From positions 64,606,001-64,670,000 of the forward strand of contig NC_058368.1 in NCBI RefSeq assembly GCF_018350175.1: a stretch of DNA of 64,000 nt, given 5' to 3'. Origin of the DNA: Felis catus (lineage: Eukaryota). Under the pieces are notes generated by a model. It made no database searches. It was not told where the DNA came from and worked only from the letters and a program-made list of their open reading frames with translations. Position numbers and translations under genes: made by a program. Below, piece by piece: positions 11,361 through 22,990 of this stretch; positions within the stretch are counted from its first letter, which is position 1; every line of letters begins with the position of its first letter.

Positions 11361-13974
11361 CTCCAGCACACGGTTGATTCAGTTTTCCGTTCCTCCATCA
11401 ACAACTGGATGTCCACTGTATGCAAATCTGTCTGCTGCAAGTGCTACGGATAGAGTAGCGGACAGAGAAAAGCTGTCCTTGCGGAGATAACATTTCAAAG
11501 AGGGTGACAGGCTATAAGCAGATAAATACGTAATATATATTGGGTAGTGACAAGAGCTCTGAAGAAAACAAAAAAGGCAAAGGAATATAGTTCTTTGTTT
11601 TCTTTCCTTGTAACCTAAGAACTGCAAGTTCTCTCTGATGTCATTTTGTTGGCCTGAGATCATTTTCTCCTACCTCTGAGGCTTAGCTCTTTGACATTGG
11701 CCATCAAAGGAGTAAGGGAGACAGTCCAATCCACAACTTGGTTGTATGGTTTCCAGGCCCTTCCTAACTGCCTCATCTCCTGCAGTATCTCAACCATGTT
11801 CATTTCACCTCTCCCCAGCTCCTGCTTGTTTGTTACAAGATGAAAGAGAGAGATTTGGGCATCAGATGCTCTCAAAGGATGGCCTGATTTCCTGCTGGTT
11901 TGCACCCTGGGTCTCTGACCTAGAAACGGACTGTGGGAAGGGATGAAGTAGCTCCTGACCTCCTTCAGAACGAGCAGATTTCTTCCACTCTCAGTGGCAA
12001 AACATGTATCATGAGTCACTGATACTTTTTTCCAGTTCTCAGATTTCTCAATTTTTCCCACTTTATATTTAATTGAAACGTCTCCCATATTCTGCCTTGG
12101 CAATAGCTTAATCTTTGGGTCCTGGTTTTTTTGGGGGGGGTTGTTTTTGTTTTTCCCCCTGTTTTGTTTTGTGAAAATGTGTGTTACCTATTTCCGAGTC
12201 ACCTCAAGTACTTTTAGTGATAAGCTGGGAGAAACCGCAGAAAGACCAGCCAGTTCAAATGCATTTTTAAATGAAAACCCCAAAGCCACCAATAAATAAC
12301 TTTTCAAAGATGGTTAACTCTGAAATTTTCAATAGATACAATGTATGTTGTAACTGAGACAAAAAGAAATATCTCTGATAAATAATTGTGTTATAAGTGC
12401 TACATTAAGCAAGTACACTTTTTGAGGAAATTCTCAACATAACACTCTTCTGGATTTTAGTAATCTAGATGTTGAGCACTTACTCTGTCCCCTATTTCTG
12501 CTTCCCCATTTCTGCTATGCAAATATTCAGTGAACCCTTCTCTATGTTCAATAACTATTTAGGAGAGAAGGGGGTTGGTTCACATTCTGCATGCTTTGGA
12601 GATTAATGATATAGTCAATCATCTAAAATTCACATGGACCATTACTGCATTCACATTAATTTATGCTCAATTAACACACTTAGAATCAGTTTTCTGTGGA
12701 GTTTAGCCAATTGGCTTTATAGCTTCTGGCTCTGAAAGATTCATTTTGCTTCTGATCACTGGTAATATGACGAGCCACGGTCCTCATTCCTGTTATTAAA
12801 GTCCTTAGGGTTTTGGATTTTCATAAATTTAACAGGGCCAGCATGCAGTGGGGCGACTAGGACCAAGTTCCTGGCAAAGAGCCATATTGCTCGATCCTGG
12901 CAACTGTCTTCCACACGGATGTTGGGATGAACACCTAAGAGGCAGGGTCACAGTGCTAGTGTGTCGTAAGGGTCACTGGGAAGAAGACCACGTTAGACTC
13001 AGAGGGACAGAGAGAGTACATTGTCTGTGTGCCGGAATATCATCAGCAGGCCTTGCTTTCCCATAGGACAAATCAGCAAGAAAATGGCTCTTTTCATTTT
13101 CGAACTTTCTAGACAGAACCCTTTAGGAAACATTGTGTTTAGGGCTTGATTGAACAGAGGAGAACATGTCTAAGTTTTTTGTCTAAGTTTAGGTGAAACA
13201 AGTGAATTTATAATAAAAATTGAAAGTGTTTATGGTGAGTTAATTTGCATGGATTGCTGTCATATTTATTGAACAAAATAAATATCTTTTCCTGGGTACT
13301 GTTTAGTACTCTAGTTAAAAATCTAAAGCATTTCTTTTTCTTTCTTTCTGTCTTTCTGTCTTTCTTTCTTTCTTTCTTTCTTTTTTTTTTTTTGGTTAAG
13401 GGATATAAGATATTTTATTTATTTTTGGTTAATTCAGGCTAAGAGGGTTTTGGAAAAAGATTTCATTAGAGGAAATGTCCTTTGAACATATAGTAACTAG
13501 GTATTAATAGCAATTTACTTAAAATTAGATAATCCACTAAATTAAAGGGAGCAAAGCTGGAGGCTTTCACAAGGATTTACCTTTTCTAATTATTCTTCCT
13601 GGGATGGGTTGATTTCTCATCTGTCAATGTATCCTTCTATGTAAAACAGATACTATCTAACATATGCTCCTATAAAATATATTCTCTCTGTTACTATGTT
13701 AGGGATATATTCCTAGACCCAATGACCAGGAAGCAGGAGAGAAAGGCTATGGAGATATCACGTGAAAAATTACCTAGTACGCTATTATAGAGAAGACTGA
13801 AATTTATCAAAAAGAGCCTAAAGAAACTTAGCCCAGGAGATTTTGTCTCAAGTCCCATGTTCAAAGTACACATCAGCCATCTTGAGGGAATTAAATACAA
13901 AGACAAAAAAAAAAAAAAGAAAGAATTACTACTTATTTTGTGCTTACCTTAGTTGTATATCCATTGTTGCACGT

Positions 13975-14110
13975 ATTTGACACCTCATCTCGATCTCCAG
14001 AAATATATGGGGTGGGTGCTGTATTATTCCCATTCCACAGATGAGTAGTAGAGCCACAGAAAGGCAAGTAACATTCCCTGGGTCACATGCCCTGGGATAT
14101 GGGTTTCCAG
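13975..14110 (-). mobile_element. MIR remnant
   Basis: tattattcccattccacagatgag...aagtaacattccctgggtcaca. Confidence 0.65.
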
Positions 14111-15900
14111 CTACCCTGTCCAGAACCGTCATATTAGCCATGGTACTGCATGGCCTCTGGGAGAAAGGAGTCACACGTTTTTAGGGAACAAAATGTTTAA
14201 AGGCATGCAAAGATCATTTAGTTCAAGGCTACTCTGAATAAAATTAGGAAAGAATAATATTGGGTTAAAGCAACAAACTATACAACCCATTCATCTCTCT
14301 CTTGCAAAGAACCCAGTAAGTATATTATGGTAAAGCATGACTCTCCTCTGTGACAGCAAACTAAAAAAATAAGACTATAATAGTTAAATATTCCAACCAT
14401 CTTCAATGACCTATGATGACTCCCTCACTCACCATGACTGACAGAATAGACAGAAATGAGGCAAGGGAACAAATAAAAAAGAAAAAGAAATGAGGCAGTA
14501 AGAGGACATAGATGGTGAAAAATCAGTACCAGAAATGCTAAAGTTTAGAGGAAACTGAAAAATCTGGGGGATAAAAGTACAAAATAACCTGGACAAAAAA
14601 GTTAAAATCAGTGAAGAAAATAAAGATGAGTTATTGTCTTCATACAACATGACAGGACTTTATTTTAACCTACTCAATCCCCAAACACTTACTTATTTGA
14701 AGAAAACAATGTTTTCTTTGTGCTAAACACTACTGGTCTTGTCCTCCTGGCAATGCATGAATGGACATATAACACTTACCCTCAAAGAATTTATAACATA
14801 ATTGTTAATAGAAAAAAATGTAACTAAATTTAGCATATGGGAGTCAAGATTTCTGAAATCTGAGGAGATACTCCAGATATTAATGACACTTGGAAGATGT
14901 GATAGATCTGAATGTAGTTTTTCCCCATCTGGTTTCAAGATTTTTGTTCTCGGTCCAGGACAAAACAGGAAGCTTAGCACACATGAAGTTTCAGACTGAA
15001 TTAGATGCTTGGGAAGGCAGCATTTTTGTTTTATCCATGTACATGTAACCAATGATACAGTATCATTTATTACACTTGTTTCTTTTTTCAAACCCTAGTC
15101 TCTTTTTTGAATGCTTTCATATATGAACATAAGCTCTAAAGCAGATAAAATTTAGTAGTGTATTTAAAATGAAGTCAATAAGATCTAATCAATAACTATT
15201 ATATCCCATAAACCCAATCAATCAGACAATTTATAACGTTTGTTATCCACAGAAGGTTGAAATCCTGGTTTGTGGACAATAGCATAGGTATTAAGAATTG
15301 CACTTTGTGTGTACAATATTCACAAAATCAGACAATGCCATCTTGCAACCCCAATAGACTATAATTCAATGGTTCTAAAAACCTGAAAGTCAGTAGGAAC
15401 TTTTCAGTTATATTTTTAACTTAAAATACTAATAGTAACTAATAATTCTTCACATTCTTTTTTGTGAATATAAAAAGAAGCATTTAAAGTCTAAAAGTAG
15501 CATTGGATTCTTGGTACTATAAGATTATTGGAAAATCATTTATCATGTGTTTTTATACAACTATAAACTTCATGTCAAGACGTAGCTGTGAGCTGAAGGA
15601 TCCCTGTGAGCCTTGCCTGGTATGTAATTGTGTGCCACACTTGGGCTACTAAAGCTCATCTCTCAGTACCAAAAAACAACAACAACAACAACAACTAAGA
15701 ACTAAGATTTTCTTTAGAATAGTACATTAATTGCAGTTTTTTTAAAAAAAATATGCACTGTTAGGGGAAAGATTATACTGAGGTCTACACAAAACTAGTA
15801 ATCTACTAGCAATAGTTATGTTAGCGTTCTAGAAATTAATTATGAATAAAATACCCTTGAGTCTGTATTGTTGGTTTTTATTAGACTTTTAAAAGTATTT

Positions 15901-16125
15901 TTAACGTTTATTTATGCATTTTGAGAGAGCACAAGAGTGTGCATGCATGAGTGGGGGAGGGGCAGAGGGACAGGGAGAGAGAGGAAGAGAGAGAGAGAGA
16001 GAGAGAAAATCCCAAGCAGACAGCGCAGAGCTTGACGGGGAGCTCAATGCCATAAACCCTGAGGTCCTGACCTGAGCTGAAACCAAGAGTCAGACGCTTA
16101 ACTGAATGAGCCACCCACGCACCCC
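15901..16125 (-). mobile_element. SINEC
   Basis: Full reverse-complement SINEC; TSD aaaagtattt. Confidence 0.94.
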
Positions 16126-16557
16126 CCAAAAGTATTTTTTTAACTGTCAAGTTTTTAAATGAAAGTAAAGAAATGCAAGTTTGTAGACCCACTGAGGCAC
16201 TTGGATCTGAAGAGTAAACACTTCCTCTCTGGTAGAATAAAAATGGATGAAATGAATTTCTTTGTCAGGGAATATTGTTGAAAGATAAACAATATACTGC
16301 TGATTTTTTTTTCACTTTAAAGCTATTAAATAGTTTAATTGTATCACATACAGAATTTTTATATCTATCTTATGTAGTTTTTATGGACTATATACATTTT
16401 TGTCATTAGGATTTCTCTCTAGTGGATGGAAAATAATTTTAAATTTTAGCTCTGGCTTTATTATTTTTTTTTATTTTCAACAAATATCATTATCCAGGTG
16501 CAAAATCAGTAAGAATATTTTTTATTTGAAGCATACCTCAGAATACATGGTTTTAAA

Positions 16558-16559
<2 letters not shown>

Positions 16560-16599
<40 letters not shown>

Positions 16600-16620
16600 G
16601 TGTGTGTGTGTATGTGTGTG

Positions 16621-16691
<71 letters not shown>
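16560..16691. repeat. Compound (TA)n-(CA/TG)n-(TA)n microsatellite
   Basis: About 130 bp of almost uninterrupted alternating purine/pyrimidine. Confidence 0.98.
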
Positions 16692-16694
<3 letters not shown>

Positions 16695-16945
16695 GTGTTA
16701 GGGTGGCTCAGTGGATTAAAATCCAACTCTTGATTTCTGCTTGGGTCATGATCTCACAGTTGGTGGGATCAAGCACTACACCAGGCTCTGCACTGACCAT
16801 GTGAAGCAGGATTCTCTCTCTCTCCCTCTCTTTCTGCCCCTTTCCCATTCCTGTTTCTCTCTCTCTCCCTCCCTTCCTCTCTCCCTTCCTCTCTCTCTCT
16901 CCCTCTCTGTCTCTCTCTCAAAATAAATAAATAAACATTAAAAAA
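16692..16945 (+). mobile_element. SINEC
   Basis: Head gggtggctcagtggattaa; expanded CT tract; aaataaataaataaacattaaaa tail. Confidence 0.92.
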
Positions 16946-16954
16946 TATGTAAAA

Positions 16955-18180
16955 CTTTCCATCCAAAGAATAGAATACATATTTTTTCTCAAGTACACAC
17001 AGAAGATACCCTGGTTAAATCACATAAAAAGAGACTTGACAAATATTACAAATTTAAGAAGACTGAAATCCTACCAAGTATATTTTCCAATCAATGGTAC
17101 AACACTAAAGATTAACCATAAAACAAAGGTAGAAAATCTACAATGTAAATATTAAATATTTAATATGTAAATATTAAACAACATTCTACTGCACAAGCAA
17201 TGGGCCAAATAAGAAATTAAATAGCAAATCAAAATAGGTCTCAGGGGCACCTCAGTGGCTCAGTCGGTTAAGCATCTGACATCGGCTCAGCTCATGATCT
17301 TCATGGGTCTAAGGCCTGCATTGGGCTCTGTTCTGACAGCTCAGAGCCTGGAGCCTCCTTCGGATCCTGTGTCTCCCTCTCTCTCTGTCCCTCCCCCACT
17401 TGCACTCTGTCTCTCTCTGTCTCTCAAAAATGAATAAACATTAAAAAAATATATATGTCTCTAAAGATAAAATAAAATATTCCAAAACCCTATGGGATGC
17501 AGCAAAAGCAGATGTTAGAGTGAAATTTCTGCTACAAGTGTTTGCAAAAGATAAGAAGTTAAACAACTTAACATCGCACTATAAGGAACTAGTAAAAGAA
17601 GAAATTCAGCTGAAATTTAGTAGAGGAAGGAAATAACAAAGAGGAATCAGAAACAGATACCAGAATAAACAACAACAACATTGACAATAATGACCAGGTT
17701 TCCCAAAAGATTATATTGCCAATGCTTTAACTACATTAACTAAGGAAAAAAAGAAGCCTCAAAAACCAGAATAAGAAATGGAAAACAATACAACAGACAC
17801 CACAGAAATATATACTGTGATAACAAATTACTATAAATAATTATATACTAACAAATCAGTTAACTTAGAGGAAAAAAAACCAGATAATTCCAAAAAACAC
17901 ACAAGTTACTAAGATTGAATCACGGATGTTGAATCTAAGAAATAGGAAATCTTCTTAGCCCAATACCAAGAAGGAAAGTTGAATTAAGAATCAAAACTCT
18001 CCCAACACAGAAGAGCCCAAGACTATGTGGTTTTATTGGTGAATTCTATCAAACATCTTTTTAAAAAATGACGATCTTTATAAAAATCTTATAAATAATG
18101 GAATAGAGGGAACATATTCAAAGTCATTGTAAGGCCAGTATCACCCTGATAGCAAAGCAGGTTAGAAACAATAAAAGAAC
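16955..18180 (+). mobile_element. Old L1 ORF2 internal fragment (endonuclease C-terminal half to start of RT), interrupted by a SINE
   Basis: Decayed equivalents of EYTFFSS (agaatacatattttttctcaag), LWDAAKA (ctatgggatgcagcaaaagca) and ASITLIPK (gccagtatcaccctgatagcaaag). Confidence 0.85.
17244..17450 (+). mobile_element. SINEC
   Basis: ggggcacctcagtggctcagtcggttaagc... through tail. Confidence 0.94.
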
Positions 18181-18190
18181 AAGTTTGTCC

Positions 18191-20716
18191 TAATCTACAA
18201 GTCTAGTTTGTCCAATATAAACATTTGTACTCCTGCTTTCTTTGGACATCCATTTTCATGATAAATGGTTTTCCATCCCCTCATTTTCAATGTGCATGTT
18301 TCTCTTGTAGGCAGCATATAGATGGGTCTTGTTTTTTTCTGTTGTTGTTGTTGTTTGTTTTTAAATCTATTTTGACACACTGCATCTTTTCATTGGAGCA
18401 TTTAGTCCATCTACATTAAAAATATTTATTTCCATTTTATTATTTGTCATTGTTTCTGGAGATTTTCTCTGATCCTGTCTTGTCTGTCACTTTTGGTCTG
18501 TCCTTTCCACTCAAAGAGTCCTCTTTAATGTTTCTTGCAGGGCTGGTTTAGTGATCACAAACTCCTTTAGTTATTGTTTGCGAAACTTTTATCTTTCCTT
18601 CTATTCTGAATGATAGCCTTGCTGGGTAGAGTATTTTTGGTTGTAGATTTTTCTCACTCAACACTTTGAATATATCATGCCACTCCCTTCTGGCTTGCCA
18701 GGTTTCTGTTAGGGAATATCCAGCTAGTCTTAGCTTCCCTTGTAAGTTAAGGACTACTTTTGTCTTGCTACTTTTAAGATTTTTCCTTTTTCACTATATT
18801 TTGCAAATTTAATTACAATGTATCTTGGTGTTGGCCTGCTTTTGTTGATTTTGGTGACATTTCTCTTTGCCTCCTTGATCGGGATATCTGTTCCCTTCTC
18901 CAGATTAGGGAAGTTTTCTGTTATTATTTCTTAAAATAAACTTTCTGCCCCTTTTCTTTCTTTTCTTCTGGGACTCCTGTAATACAAATGTTATTACATT
19001 TGACAGAGTCACTGAGTTCCCTAAGTCTATTCTGTGTTGCTTAATTCTCCTTTTCTCTTCATTTTTTCAGCTTCATTATTTTCCATTACTTTTTCTTCTA
19101 GGTCACTCATTCATTCTTCTACTTCTTCTAGCCTGCTGCTCATTGATTCAAGTCTGTTTCCAATCTAGTTTATTGCATTGTTCATATAATTCTTTTATCT
19201 CTGTGGTAAAGATCTCCCTGATCTCTTCTATTTTTTTCTCAAGCCCAGTGAGTATCCTCATGAATGTTGCTTTAAATTTTTCATCCGGCATGTAATTTGT
19301 ATCTGTTTTGCTTAGATCTTTGGCTGTGGCCTTATCTTTTTCTTTCATTTGGGATAAATTCCAGCAATTTTTAGAAGTCTCTGCCTTTGTATATTAGAAA
19401 AGCCAGTTATGGGGTGACTGGGTGGCTCCGTTGGTTAAGTGTCTGACTTGATTTCAGCTCAGGTCATGATCTCAAGGTTGTGAGATCAAGCCCTGTGTCA
19501 GGTTTCATGCCAAGTGTAGAGACTGCTTGGGATTCTTTCTGTCCCTCTCCCTCTGCCCTTTCCTTGCTTGCACATGTGCTCACTTGCTCTCTCAAAAAAA
19601 AAAAAAAAAAAAAAGGAAATAAGAGAAAAGAAAAGTCAGTTATGTCTCTGGCTCCTGAAGTAGTGACCTTTTGAAGAGGTCATGTAGTGACCAGAGAGTG
19701 TCTTCAGAGACACTTCAGAGGTGCTTCAGAGAGTGTCTCTACTGTGTGTTACATGCACTCCACTATTGTGTTTTGACTGCTCTGTCCCTTGTGATGGTAG
19801 TCTGTAAAGGTTGTCATTGACTGTTGTGAACGGTGTTTGGTCCCTGGCCTGAATGTGGCAAATTTTAATTAGGTGTGCTGTGGTCTGCTTGTGAAATGTG
19901 ACCTGACACCAACTCCACCACAACTAAGGCCTTGCAGAGCTCTCTGGCCCATACTAGTGTGGACAGGGGTTTGCGTTGTTCAGAGGGGAGGAGCCTGCTG
20001 CACTGGGGCTGAAGCAAGCTCTACTGAGAGCAGCTCTGTCCCGTAAGAGCACAGAGGGTTGGGGCTTGGTGTAAACTAATTAGGCAGGCAGTGTTTGTGC
20101 TGAGCTGCTTCCTGAAAGTGGCGTGTGTTTGTGCTGAGGGGCAGGGGAGAGAAATGGCACCAGCCAGTTCCTTTGTTCCCAGAGAGGTGTCTCTGTGAAC
20201 ACTGCCTCTCAGGGATGTGCTCCAAGACTATGTACTCCAGGCATTCTTTAGAGCCCTGTTTCTGTGCTGTCAGTGCCTGGGTTGTTTGCCTGTTTACCCT
20301 TAGGAGCAGTGTGGTGCCCTCCAGGCTCTATCCCAGCTAAGCCTCCTGACCTTTAAAACAAATCTTGCTGGTTGCAGGAACTTGTGAAATTCAGGACCTC
20401 TTGTTTTCCAAGCCAATGGCCTTGGGGAAACATTCTTCATGTGCATCCCCCTGTGTGCTCCTCTGTCACCCTTCTCCAACCACAGACCCCTCCACTCCAA
20501 CCCCATAGCACCCGTGATTCATTTTCTCCCCTAAGCCACTTCTCTGTACTTCCTACCTTCTTTGTACCTTCTTCAATGTGGCTTCTTCTCTCCCCTTAAT
20601 TGTGGAGTTTGTTCTGTCAATCTTCAGTCTTGGGGTATTTAGGAGGATTTGATAGTTATCTAGTTGTGTTTGTGGCATGAGACGAACCTAATGTCCTCCT
20701 ACTATGCCACCATCTT
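18191..20716 (-). mobile_element. Older carnivore L1 5' half: 5' UTR, decayed ORF1 and first ~80 codons of ORF2; 3' part absent
   Basis: 5' end aagatggtggcatagtaggaggac; ORF1 peptide ...FMRILTGLEKKIEEIRE... (19148-19348); ORF2 peptide RGWKTIYH...KKAGV...DKLD (18195-18380); colinear with the young L1 at 46500-47700. Confidence 0.9.
19411..19628 (+). mobile_element. SINEC nested in L1
   Basis: TSD agaaaag(c/t)cagttat. Confidence 0.94.
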
Positions 20717-20759
20717 TTTTTTTTATGCTCTTGAAATTTTGAAGAAAGACTATTAGGAT

Positions 20760-21960
20760 AAAGTTATTTAATGTAGGAAGAATTCTGTAAAGCTGTAAAA
20801 GAACAGATGTTTCTAACACATCTCAACCTACAATATTTGCTAAATTCTATTTCCCAGTATGGTAATATATGCACTTTTTTTTCCTGAGGCATGAAAAAAG
20901 CATAACAGTAAGATATGTTTCTCAAAAAACAAATGGTTTCTTTCATAAGAACAGTGTTTTATGGGAAAACAATGCAAATGTAATCACTGATGAAAATTAG
21001 AGAGGCAGCGCAAGAGTGAATCTCATCTATTACACTATTCATTGGCACATGATTGTGACGAGGACTTGAAACCAGAAGTGCAGAAAGTATTACAGGATGT
21101 CATTGATGCAGTTAATTTTATTAAAACGAGGATATTTTCAAAATGTACAAGAAATTCAGTGGTAGTTTGTAACAAAACTCAGTTTTCAATAAAATCTTTC
21201 ATACCTAAATATTTATTGGTTGCCTTCTGGCAATGAACTCTATAGGGTTGTTACCTTAAAAATAAGTAACACCTTTAAAAAAAAATGACACGTGAAAAAA
21301 AAAATGTAAACATGACCAGTGTTCCAAATGAGCTGTGATGTCTGTGATGTCAGTGATAACAATGACGGTGATATGCTACCTCGCTTAATATTTCAGAACG
21401 TAAACTTACTCTATCTATTTCTTTATGGCAGAAGTGCCATTTGATGTTTGACAAAAATCTTTAGTCTGTAACTCTTGCAAAGTAGAAAGTCTTTGGAAAT
21501 TGATATTTTTAAAAGTTTTCATCAATAAAGCATTTGATTTTGTAATTACAATCAATGTGTTTTCATCAAAACAAAAATTATTAGATCTCCACAGTTCAAA
21601 TACATGGAAGCAAACTTTTCTCAATTGTTTGAGAATCACAAATTTCTTGACCTTCCAAATAAATACCATGATAAATATTAAATGATTACTTTATAAGAAA
21701 ATCTAATATTAGGAAAGATGGAAATCAACCAGCCATAGCTCAACAAAATCCTTTGTATCATAGTATCAATATTTATCAGTATAGTCTGTAATTTAGTCCT
21801 TTGATTTGAATTAAGATTTTTGTAAGGCACTTCTTTCAGTTATGATGGCTGGTAAAACTAGAGAGCAGAGTAAACCAACGTTAGAACCAGGCTTCTAAAT
21901 CACTATGTGTGATTAAAAATAAACCAAAACTTAAAAGTATTTAAGAATATTTTTCTCTCA
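20760..21960 (+). mobile_element. Decayed hAT-Charlie (Buster/ZBED5-like) DNA transposon transposase remnant
   Basis: Peptide LKPEVQKVLQDVIDAVNFIKTR (in ORF 21042-21236) resembles the segment after the hAT CxxH motif; ~21820-21895 resembles the C-terminal dimerisation region. Many stops and frameshifts; TIRs not identified. Confidence 0.7.
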
Positions 21961-22001
21961 ATAGAACAAAAATATAATTTACCAAACGAGATTAAATTTA
22001 C

Positions 22002-22221
22002 TTTTATTTTATTTTTTAAAGTTTTTATTTATTTATTTTTACGAGAGACAGACGGTGTGAGTGGGGGAGAGTCAGAGAGAGAGAGAGAGAGAATCCCAAG
22101 CAGGCTCTGCAAAGCCAGCACAGAGTCTAATGTGGGGCTCAAACCCACTGAACTGTGAGATAATGACCTAAGCCGAAAGCAAGAGTGAGATGCTCAACCA
22201 ACTGAGACACCCAAGTGCCCC
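22002..22221 (-). mobile_element. SINEC
   Basis: Reverse-complement SINEC ending ...cccaagtgcccc. Confidence 0.93.
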
Positions 22222-22610
22222 AATAAAATGTATTTTTAAAGTAATATAGTTTATATTATCTTGTTTAATTTTGTTTGTGTAAGTTTTGAAATGCATATAA
22301 GATATTACTACAGTAACATATTTCACATAATTTACAAATATATAACTGTATATTTGTTAGAAGTACAGGGTCTATTTTTAATAAAATTTGGAGATCTAAG
22401 CAGAATGATAGAATTATATCATTTGGGGGTATAAACCTTATACATGCCAGTTGTATCATTTAAAACTGCTAAATTTTCCACAACCTTGTGAAGAATTTAA
22501 ATATTAAATGACAATAGAGAATAGTTAACAATAGCAGCATTATCAATATAGTGTTATGATTAAAATAATAAATATTAGCATCAGTCAGAATGGATTTAAG
22601 ACTAACTTGA

Positions 22611-22827
22611 GGCGCACCTGGGTGGCTTAGTCAGTTAAATGTCCTACTTCAGCTCAGGTCATGATCTCACAGTTTGTGGGTTCAGCCCCGCATTGTACTT
22701 GATGCTGTTAGTGTGGAGTCTGCTTCAGATCCTCTGTCTCCCTCTCTCCTTGTCCCTTATCTGTTTGTGCTGTCCCTTATCTGTTTGTGCTGTCCCTCTC
22801 TCCCTGTCAAAAATAAACATTAAAAAA
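22611..22827 (+). mobile_element. SINEC with internal 20-bp tandem duplication
   Basis: TSD aagact(a/c)act(t/c)ga; tgtcccttatctgtttgtgc repeated twice at 22751-22790. Confidence 0.93.
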
Positions 22828-22840
22828 AAGACTCACTCGA

Positions 22841-22990
22841 TATGCAAACTTAGGCCATTCATCTCATCTTTATGACCCTTAGTTTCTACATCTATAAAAT
22901 GTTGACAATGGTATCTAACTTTCTAAGGTGTTCTGGGAAATTGAGTGTGATGATCTATGTGAGACTTGTTACGTGATAAATGGTAGGTTT
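22841..22990 (+). mobile_element. MIR remnant
   Basis: cttagtttctacatctataaaatg...aattgagtgtgatgatctatgtga. Confidence 0.6.
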
